Shown here one piece after another: positions 57,697 through 64,000 of a DNA stretch of 64,000 bases (its first letter is position 1; each line of letters begins with the position of its first letter). The stretch spans positions 1 to 64,000 of the IMG/VR virus record IMGVR_UViG_3300017766_003924; one strand, written 5' to 3'. Origin of the DNA: a virus. Its lineage: Duplodnaviria > Caudoviricetes. Under the pieces are notes generated by a model. It saw nothing but the letters and a program-made list of their open reading frames with translations, was not told the origin of the DNA and ran no database searches. The position numbers and the translations under genes are program-made.

Positions 57697-58528
57697 AATT
57701 GTAATACCCAACCTTAAAGGCGGTCTCGGTAATCAGATGTTTCAGATTGCAACAACCTATGCATATGCGCAAAAGCATGGATTAGATTGGGGCGTTAACT
57801 ACAATCTGCAGCATTATTGTATACAGGGACATAATCCGAATCGCTACAAAGATACCCTCTTTAAAAACATTCCTGAAAAGAGAGTGAATATGGAGAACTT
57901 TAAGACTTATAGTGAACCTAAGTTCTCATATACCGAGATTCCCCTATTAGACACGACGCATAATATTGTTCTAGATGGGTATTTTCAATCAGAGAAGTAC
58001 TTTAGTGATGAATCAGTGCGAGCATATATACAGAACACGTTATTCTCTGTTCCGAATGATGTTTATTCAAAAGTAGTATCAAGTATTCAAAAGATAAAAG
58101 AACGACTCGGATACGATTCTCTCATTGGTATTCATGTTCGTCGCGGTGACTATAAAGTTTATTCGTCTACCCATCCACTTTGCCCACCATCTTACTACAA
58201 GGATGCTATTAGAATTATTCGGAGTAAAATTAAAGATCAGAAGATGGGAATACTTCTCTTTACTGATGACCCTAATTCAGTATTTAGTGAGTTTAATTTT
58301 GAGGAAAATGATAACGTTATATTCTTCAATGGCTCATCTGAGTTAGAAGATCTCTGTGGATTATCTCTTTGTGATAATTTAGTAATCTGCAACAGCTCAT
58401 TCTCTTGGTGGGGTTCATATTTAGGTAACCCGAGATATGTAGTTGCACCTACAAAATGGTTCGGGGTAGATGGACCGAAAGATTTCCACGATGTTTTTAG
58501 AAAAGATTGGATTAAACTCAATTATTAA
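57689..58528 (+). CDS. GT11 alpha-1,2-fucosyltransferase-like
   Basis: GGLGNQMFQ, GYFQSEKYF, IHVRRGDY, NSSFSWWG. Confidence 0.93.
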   Translation: MNKIVIPNLKGGLGNQMFQIATTYAYAQKHGLDWGVNYNLQHYCIQGHNPNRYKDTLFKNIPEKRVNMENFKTYSEPKFSYTEIPLLDTTHNIVLDGYFQSEKYFSDESVRAYIQNTLFSVPNDVYSKVVSSIQKIKERLGYDSLIGIHVRRGDYKVYSSTHPLCPPSYYKDAIRIIRSKIKDQKMGILLFTDDPNSVFSEFNFEENDNVIFFNGSSELEDLCGLSLCDNLVICNSSFSWWGSYLGNPRYVVAPTKWFGVDGPKDFHDVFRKDWIKLNY

Positions 58529-58533
58529 ATTTT

Positions 58534-59178
58534 ATGTTACTAGATTTAAATCACTGTATTAAAAAGTATGAGATGAACCTTAAGGGTGTTATCCATATTG
58601 GCGCACACTTTGGAGAAGAAATAGAAGCATATCTTCAAATACCTACCATTACATCAGTATTGATGTTTGAACCTCATCCGGATACCTTTGAGACTCTTAA
58701 ACAAAAGGTTGAAGCACATAATTATAAAGAGAAGTTTGAAAACTTTTTTATTGTTAATAAAGGTCTTGGACCCTTTAGCTGCAAAATTGATATGTTTACT
58801 GAAACTGCTAATCAAGGTCAAAGTAATTCAGTATTAAAGCCTAAAGTTCATGCAGTTCAATATCCTAATATTAAGTTTGAAGGTAAGATTGAAATACAAT
58901 TAGACCCTCTTGATAGATATGAGCCTTCAGAAGTCTTTAACTTTATCAATATTGATGTACAGGGGTTTGAGATGGAGGTCTTTAGAGGTGCACGAAAAAC
59001 TCTAAAAAACATTGATTACATCATGACTGAAGTAAATCGTGATGAACTCTATGAGGGTTGTGCACAAGTAGAAGAATTAGATGAATTTTTATCTAAACAT
59101 CACTTTAAACGTGTTGAAACATCATGGGCTGGAGCAACTTGGGGTGATGCGCTCTACATAAAATCTGATTGGTATTAA
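58534..59178 (+). CDS. FkbM family SAM-dependent methyltransferase
   Basis: IHIGAHFGEE, FEPHP, IDVQGFE.EV.RGA, WGDALY. Confidence 0.92.
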   Translation: MLLDLNHCIKKYEMNLKGVIHIGAHFGEEIEAYLQIPTITSVLMFEPHPDTFETLKQKVEAHNYKEKFENFFIVNKGLGPFSCKIDMFTETANQGQSNSVLKPKVHAVQYPNIKFEGKIEIQLDPLDRYEPSEVFNFINIDVQGFEMEVFRGARKTLKNIDYIMTEVNRDELYEGCAQVEELDEFLSKHHFKRVETSWAGATWGDALYIKSDWY

Positions 59179-59179
59179 G

Positions 59180-59347
59180 ATGATTACCTTGTTAAGCATC
59201 TTAGGCATACATTTATATAATATTCACTCTCTCGATTCTTCATATAGAAAAAGAATTAGAGAGGAGTGTGATAGAGTATTAAATCAACCTAAGTATACTC
59301 CAACATACCCAACGTTTAAGCGTACCTTTCCTGACGTAAAATTATGA
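59180..59347 (+). CDS. Small hypothetical protein (55 aa), missing from the ORF track
   Basis: Hand-translated MITLLSILGIHLYNIHSLDSSYRKRIREECDRVLNQPKYTPTYPTFKRTFPDVKL*; fills the gap exactly and has an ATGA overlap with the next gene. Confidence 0.6.
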   Translation: MITLLSILGIHLYNIHSLDSSYRKRIREECDRVLNQPKYTPTYPTFKRTFPDVKL

Positions 59348-60153
59348 TTTTAGATTTAATAGGCGGTGGATTTCAGCATGCTTATAGTAGCACAGAGTGG
59401 AAAAAGCCTAAGCACTTTTCATGGTCATATAACACAGATACTCATCCAGTTCAAGTGTTTGTTGATGATGGTATATGGAATAACGTAAGATATGATAAAA
59501 AAGGTACGCTCTGGATTGGATGGCTTTTAGAATCTAGATTTATATCTAAAAAATATGAGAATTATATCCTCGAAAATATCAATTTTATTAAAGAACGGTT
59601 TGATTTCATTCTTACCCATAACGATCGGTTGATAGAGAGGGATCCAGCATTCTTTAAATGGTGTCCTGCATATGGTACGTATATTAAAGACATACAAATA
59701 TATCCAAAGTCAAAGCCTATATCGATGATTGCATCCGATAAACAAATGACAGAACAGCAAGTTTTAAGATATAATATAGCTAAGAAGCTTCAACCACACT
59801 TAGATCTCTATGGTAGAGGATTTAAAGAAATAAAGGAAAAGGAAGAGGGATTAAAGGATTATATGTTCTCTATATGTATTGAGAATGATACCTACCCTAC
59901 TTATTTTACTGAAAAGATTCTTGACTGCTTTGCAACAGGTACAGTCCCGATTTATATGGGACACACTAATGTGTGTAAACACTTTAACGAAAAAGGAATA
60001 TTATTTCTTGAAAAAAGAATTGATTTATCACAATTTACATACGATTATTATGTATCGATGATGCCTTATATAGAAGATAATCTTCAGAGAGTTAAACAGT
60101 TTGACGTTCTCGATGATTGGATCTATCTAACATACATTAAACCATTGCTATAA
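59344..60153 (+). CDS. GT10-like (alpha-1,3-fucosyltransferase-like) glycosyltransferase
   Basis: LDLYGRG, YMFSICIEN....YFTEKILDCF.TGTVPIY.G. Confidence 0.88.
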   Translation: MILDLIGGGFQHAYSSTEWKKPKHFSWSYNTDTHPVQVFVDDGIWNNVRYDKKGTLWIGWLLESRFISKKYENYILENINFIKERFDFILTHNDRLIERDPAFFKWCPAYGTYIKDIQIYPKSKPISMIASDKQMTEQQVLRYNIAKKLQPHLDLYGRGFKEIKEKEEGLKDYMFSICIENDTYPTYFTEKILDCFATGTVPIYMGHTNVCKHFNEKGILFLEKRIDLSQFTYDYYVSMMPYIEDNLQRVKQFDVLDDWIYLTYIKPLL

Positions 60154-60539
60154 TGAGTAAAGAATTAAAAGTTCGAGTTTTCGATAGATACAGTAAAGCG
60201 TATCTAACATCTCGCGGTAAAGAATATGGAGAGTCACCATTTGTTTATTACAATTTGGGTGTACCTTACAATTTGAGTGAGATCCTCGCATATAAAGAGG
60301 AACATGGTTATGATAGATTTAAAGTAGAAGAATTTACCGGATTACGAGACAAAGATGGAATAGATATATATGACGGAGATATCTTACAAAATGAACTTAC
60401 AAAACGTACATATGAAGTATGTTGGGATAGTGGTGGAGAATGGGTAAAGTGTGATTTACAAGATGGACGACTTGACGAGGAACTATATAAAAGTTTAGTA
60501 AAGTGTACAATAATTGGTAATGTTTCAGAAAATGAATAG
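60153..60539 (+). CDS. YopX family protein
   Basis: KVRVFD, FTGLRDKDGIDIYDGDIL, CTIIGNVSE. Confidence 0.88.
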   Translation: MSKELKVRVFDRYSKAYLTSRGKEYGESPFVYYNLGVPYNLSEILAYKEEHGYDRFKVEEFTGLRDKDGIDIYDGDILQNELTKRTYEVCWDSGGEWVKCDLQDGRLDEELYKSLVKCTIIGNVSENE

Positions 60540-61272
60540 ATTTTGTATTATAAATCAACCTGCTGGATTAGGTGATATTTGCTTTTGTCAAAAAATCGCA
60601 GTAGAAATATGTCAAAAGTACGGATGCGAAGTAATATGGCCAGTTATTAATGAGTTTCTCTGGATACAAAACTACATTAAAACACCTGGTGTAACATTTA
60701 CATCTAAAGTAGACTTACATAGTGAGATTTTACCTCGTTTAGCAAATAAACACAATAAAATAGAATGGCTCGACCTTCAAACTGCTGATCAGCACTACCC
60801 TAATGAATCAGTAATGCTTGCAAAATATAAGTATGCAGGTATAGATTGGTCAAATTGGTCTGAATATTTTAAGTTTGAGCGCAATCATCAAAAAGAAGAT
60901 GAACTATATAAGAAGTTAGTAGGAGATACTCAAGACTACATCTTCGTCAATCGTAATTATGGTTCTCCACCTAATTATGTTCAATGTAAGTATATCGATA
61001 TGGATTACTTACGTGAAATATACCCTCACTACAAGATTATAGAAATGAATTTCTTAGAGGGATATACTCTGTTTGATTGGTCTAAAATTCTTGAGAATGC
61101 AGGAGCTATACATACAGCTGAAACTTCTCTGAACTATATAATGGAAAAACTAGACATACGAATTCAAAAGTATATCTATTCAAAACATACACCACCATCA
61201 TTCAACCATGTTGATATGCTTTTTACGGGCTGCTATTATATGGATGAAAGCGCATTACCTACTAAAAAATGA
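60532..61272 (+). CDS. Glycosyltransferase-like hypothetical protein
   Basis: QPAGLGDI N-terminal motif, FDWSKILENA..IHT.ETS (GT9/GT-B-like); start moved to MNRF (60532). Confidence 0.5.
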   Translation: MNRFCIINQPAGLGDICFCQKIAVEICQKYGCEVIWPVINEFLWIQNYIKTPGVTFTSKVDLHSEILPRLANKHNKIEWLDLQTADQHYPNESVMLAKYKYAGIDWSNWSEYFKFERNHQKEDELYKKLVGDTQDYIFVNRNYGSPPNYVQCKYIDMDYLREIYPHYKIIEMNFLEGYTLFDWSKILENAGAIHTAETSLNYIMEKLDIRIQKYIYSKHTPPSFNHVDMLFTGCYYMDESALPTKK

Positions 61273-61778
61273 AAATTAAGTACTATCCAGTTACACGAGC
61301 TGGTACAATCGCAAAGACACCGGATTATTACAATTCCTTTGATAAACCTCTATGTTGTGATTTAGTAGGAATGACTGATTCTTTAATATACCGTCAATCA
61401 TCTCTCTATGATATGTATACCAGAATTTGTGGAGAAGATGTACCATTTATACATCCTGGTAGATTGACTATCGAAAATAAAGAAGTCTCATCGAACGAGA
61501 TTGTACAATTAATTTACCCTCATTGGAAGGCGTATAGGGAAACAGTAATCTTACCTAAAATACAAGAACTTAAGGAATTAATACAAAAGCTTAAAGATGA
61601 CTATAAAAATAGCTGTCAATCTCTTTATTTTATTGCATTTGAATCTAGTTACACTATCACACAGTATAAAAACAATATACGTATGCTAGAGGCTTTACAG
61701 ATAGGTAAAATATATACCCTCGATGATAGTGAAGATTCCATTAAGATTGTAGATGACATTAAACCAGTAACAATATGA
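61269..61778 (+). CDS. Hypothetical protein
   Basis: ATGA-coupled ORF. Confidence 0.6.
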   Translation: MKIKYYPVTRAGTIAKTPDYYNSFDKPLCCDLVGMTDSLIYRQSSLYDMYTRICGEDVPFIHPGRLTIENKEVSSNEIVQLIYPHWKAYRETVILPKIQELKELIQKLKDDYKNSCQSLYFIAFESSYTITQYKNNIRMLEALQIGKIYTLDDSEDSIKIVDDIKPVTI

Positions 61779-62128
61779 TAGATAGACAACGCTTTAAACA
61801 CTTTAAATTTTCTGAATCCGACTTTCAAATGCTTGATAAGTATGAAAAAAAGGGTTGGAAATTTGATATCGAAGAGAGCTTCGATCCTCATACACGTGAA
61901 GATGATGAATATTTTAATTTTCAGAGCCCCCGAATGAAGTCTCCAACTACATTGTGGATAACTCCATTTACAGAGCAAGAATTGATACAAATGGAGTTAA
62001 ATAAAGTTCTCTATGAATTCATGGATAGACATGAACATACACTAACAGATGCTATTAGTAAAAAGATTCTTAGTATGTTCGAAGGAGATAAAGTTCCAGA
62101 TATTAAAGATGTATTAAAGGTTATATGA
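61775..62128 (+). CDS. Hypothetical protein
   Basis: ATGA-coupled ORF. Confidence 0.6.
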   Translation: MIDRQRFKHFKFSESDFQMLDKYEKKGWKFDIEESFDPHTREDDEYFNFQSPRMKSPTTLWITPFTEQELIQMELNKVLYEFMDRHEHTLTDAISKKILSMFEGDKVPDIKDVLKVI

Positions 62129-62442
62129 AAAAACGTGAAAAAGATTGGATTATCGAAGTAACTGCAGATGAAAATGATGCAGATTATGTTACAGAGATTT
62201 CTACAATTAGTAATGAGTGGCTTGAAAAAATAAAGCCAGTTATTGCAGCTATTAAGAAGAATCATGGGGATTACCCAAGAGGTGAAATAGTAGGAAAGAA
62301 TGAAAAATCTGCAGAGGATATTTACGGTCACCTTCCAGGATTTCAAGGATTTGATGCTCTAGTACCCTATGGTGAATACGGCATTCATTCAATTGACAAG
62401 ATTGTCATTTATCCATACATTGAAAAGACCCGATTGTTATGA
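62125..62442 (+). CDS. Hypothetical protein
   Basis: ATGA-coupled ORF; DADY..EI and PYGEYGIH.I motifs. Confidence 0.65.
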   Translation: MKKREKDWIIEVTADENDADYVTEISTISNEWLEKIKPVIAAIKKNHGDYPRGEIVGKNEKSAEDIYGHLPGFQGFDALVPYGEYGIHSIDKIVIYPYIEKTRLL

Positions 62443-62719
62443 ACATTACTCTTCATAAACCGAGAAGATACTCTCAGTGCACTAAGAGATGGGTAAGGCC
62501 CTCTTATCTTACAGAATATTCACGACGAAATCCTTACAATAGCGGATATTGTGAAGATCAAAAGCTCATTCAGCGGCTCATAGAAACCACAACATATACT
62601 ATTTTCATTTTAAATTTCATTGGTTTGCAGAGCTTCAAGAAATGTTACTCGAGAATAACAAGTGTGATGTACAGGTTATTGGAAATATATTTGAAACACC
62701 CTATATATTAAAAAAATGA
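62439..62719 (+). pseudogene. Frameshifted YopX-like gene (pseudogene, programmed frameshift or sequence error)
   Basis: The frame from ATG 62439 stops at 62711; the -1 frame encodes CDVQVIGNIFETPYILKK* ending at TGA 62717-62719, which overlaps the next ATG (62716). Confidence 0.5.
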
Positions 62720-62898
62720 TAAAGTTACTTGAAAAGGATTATAGTTGGGAATCTTTATATGATGCTGAACGAGATGTTTCAGAAGCCATAAGTGAAGATG
62801 AGATCCCTAAAGAGTTAAAGAAGGTATATAAAGAATTTTGGAGTGGTAAAGGTACTGGTGGAGTTATAAAGATTAAAATCGAATGGCATCCAGATTAA
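62716..62898 (+). CDS. Small hypothetical protein
   Basis: In-operon ORF. Confidence 0.6.
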   Translation: MIKLLEKDYSWESLYDAERDVSEAISEDEIPKELKKVYKEFWSGKGTGGVIKIKIEWHPD

Positions 62899-62902
62899 AT
62901 TT

Positions 62903-63202
62903 ATGGATACTATAAACATTATAAAGACAGAACATGGATTTAGGTTTGAAGATACTGGTCCATCCTTTCAAGAGTTAGTTAGAAGTGATGAATGGCAAGC
63001 AGCATTAATAGTATATGATAAGTACAGAAGAAAGTATAATCTTGAAGATAAGCATTTATTAGCACTACGAGATTATGTAGTTGAGTTTTCTTCAAATAAA
63101 AAATCTTCTGGTAAAGCTGTCAATAAAGATCATTTAATTCAAATAGCAGTATCACACATAAAAAATATGATACAAAATTCACAAAGTGAAACATATGAGT
63201 AA
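62903..63202 (+). CDS. Hypothetical protein
   Basis: In-operon ORF. Confidence 0.55.
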   Translation: MDTINIIKTEHGFRFEDTGPSFQELVRSDEWQAALIVYDKYRRKYNLEDKHLLALRDYVVEFSSNKKSSGKAVNKDHLIQIAVSHIKNMIQNSQSETYE

Positions 63203-64000
63203 ACTAACAGCAGTTATAGTCGGAAGAAATGATAATTATGGTGGTGATCTTGTTAAGAGAGCAGCATTTTGCTTTGAACAATTACTAGCATATACAGTTG
63301 ATGAAATTATATATGTAGATTGGAACACTATAAATGGTGTTAGTCTTCTTGATAAAGTAAAATCCTCGTGTATAGGTATTATAAGTTGTGATAAGATAAA
63401 AGAGTACCGGGTTACTCCAGACATTATTGCTCAGTATTTACCTCATTGTAAAGATATTTCTATTGTTGAAACGGTAGCTCGAAATGTGGGTATTCAGAGA
63501 GCATCAGAAGATTCATGGGTTCTCTCAACTAATGTTGATATCCTTCTTGATCAGAATATAAAGCATATTCTTCCATATCTTTCAAAGAGGTGTATGTATA
63601 CTGCACGTCGTAGAGATGTACCTAAAGACTACTATTTAAAATACGACAACGGCATCGATCTATTTCATGATTTACATGCAGTATATAATAAATTTCCTGC
63701 AAAGCCTCATGCAGATCAGCATTGTGATTCGGGAGATATATGGTCATTAGCAGTGTGTTGTGGAGACTTTCAACTCGCTCATAAGAGCCATTGGAATAAT
63801 ATTCGAGGATTTGAAGAAGAGATGGTAGGTAGATGTTATGCAGATACCAATCTCATGAAGAAGTCGTATATGGTAGGAGAGATTAATTGTCTTGAAATAG
63901 ATAACTTCTTTCACCTAAATCATGACAATAGTAAGATTACACTACCTGGTGAATATCTTCCTATAAATGATAGGTTAAAATATACAGTAAACTTTCAAAA
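63195..64000 (+). CDS. Glycosyltransferase-like protein (GT-A), truncated by the window end
   Basis: Hand-translated, open to the edge: MSKLTAVIVGRNDNYGGD, VDWN, ARNVGIQRA, STNVDIL, GDFQL, IRGFEEEM, FHLNH. Confidence 0.8.
   Translation, partial: MSKLTAVIVGRNDNYGGDLVKRAAFCFEQLLAYTVDEIIYVDWNTINGVSLLDKVKSSCIGIISCDKIKEYRVTPDIIAQYLPHCKDISIVETVARNVGIQRASEDSWVLSTNVDILLDQNIKHILPYLSKRCMYTARRRDVPKDYYLKYDNGIDLFHDLHAVYNKFPAKPHADQHCDSGDIWSLAVCCGDFQLAHKSHWNNIRGFEEEMVGRCYADTNLMKKSYMVGEINCLEIDNFFHLNHDNSKITLPGEYLPINDRLKYTVNFQ

Noticed and set aside
2159-63424. Numerous short antisense or alternate-frame ORFs in the track (e.g. 2159, 3217, 4398, 4607, 4960, 5545, 7786, 9864, 14291, 18019, 26511, 31970, 36302, 39545, 42706, 47942, 54674, 58237, 61649, 62011, 63236)
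   Set aside because: They lie entirely within well-supported genes, show no motifs and lack start signals; treated as shadow ORFs.
1-64000. Stop-codon reassignment, as in some large phages
   Set aside because: Core genes are full length in the standard code, and TAA, TAG and TGA all end genes at sensible positions.
1-64000. CRISPR array, tRNA or rRNA genes
   Set aside because: Intergenic gaps are under about 100 nt; no spaced direct repeats or cloverleaf/T-loop motifs were seen by eye. A tRNAscan/Infernal run would be the formal check.
1-64000. Eukaryotic giant virus (NCLDV) or bacterial chromosome origin, suggested by PolB, a PCNA-like clamp, many GTs and que genes
   Set aside because: gp23, gp21, gp22, gp17, gp13, gp14, gp55, gp32, uvsW/X/Y and T4-type late motifs identify a T4-related tailed phage.

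Overview
A 64 kb, AT-rich, densely packed segment of a large T4-related myovirus genome; the family cannot be assigned from sequence alone. Layout: (i) 1-15964, head/neck/packaging genes (gp23, gp22, gp21, gp4, gp13, gp3, gp17, gp14) mixed with many unknown late genes; (ii) 15961-41402, a minus-strand replication/recombination block (thyX, gp61, rnh, gp45, gp32, gp59-like, gp41, uvsX, gp43, gp46, gp47, gp55, uvsW, uvsY) that also contains a glycosyltransferase-Gat-guaC-queC cassette and a second glycosyltransferase; (iii) 41418-64000, a mostly plus-strand accessory region with a resolvase, ligase-like and nucleotidyltransferase genes, a kinase-CCA-HD fusion, folE, queE, SemiSWEET, phoH and a glycan-biosynthesis island. 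Most notable observations: (1) about 15 unrelated unknown proteins share a short N-terminal leader ending in hydrophobic-x-E, resembling the T4 capsid-targeting sequence and gp21 cleavage site, which suggests a large packaged cargo that includes an Acb1-like 2H phosphoesterase; (2) a probable polyprotein at 41418-42236 carries a near-copy of the major capsid protein N-arm motif; (3) a 7-deazaguanine pathway has both QueF and Gat, with glycosyltransferases at roughly the loci where T4 keeps its DNA-modification genes, a candidate new DNA hypermodification; (4) a TAAATA late-promoter motif sits 5-7 nt before many start codons with no Shine-Dalgarno, implying leaderless mRNAs. No tRNA, rRNA, CRISPR array, intron or intein was seen. 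All product calls come from motif recognition by eye; no database searches were run.
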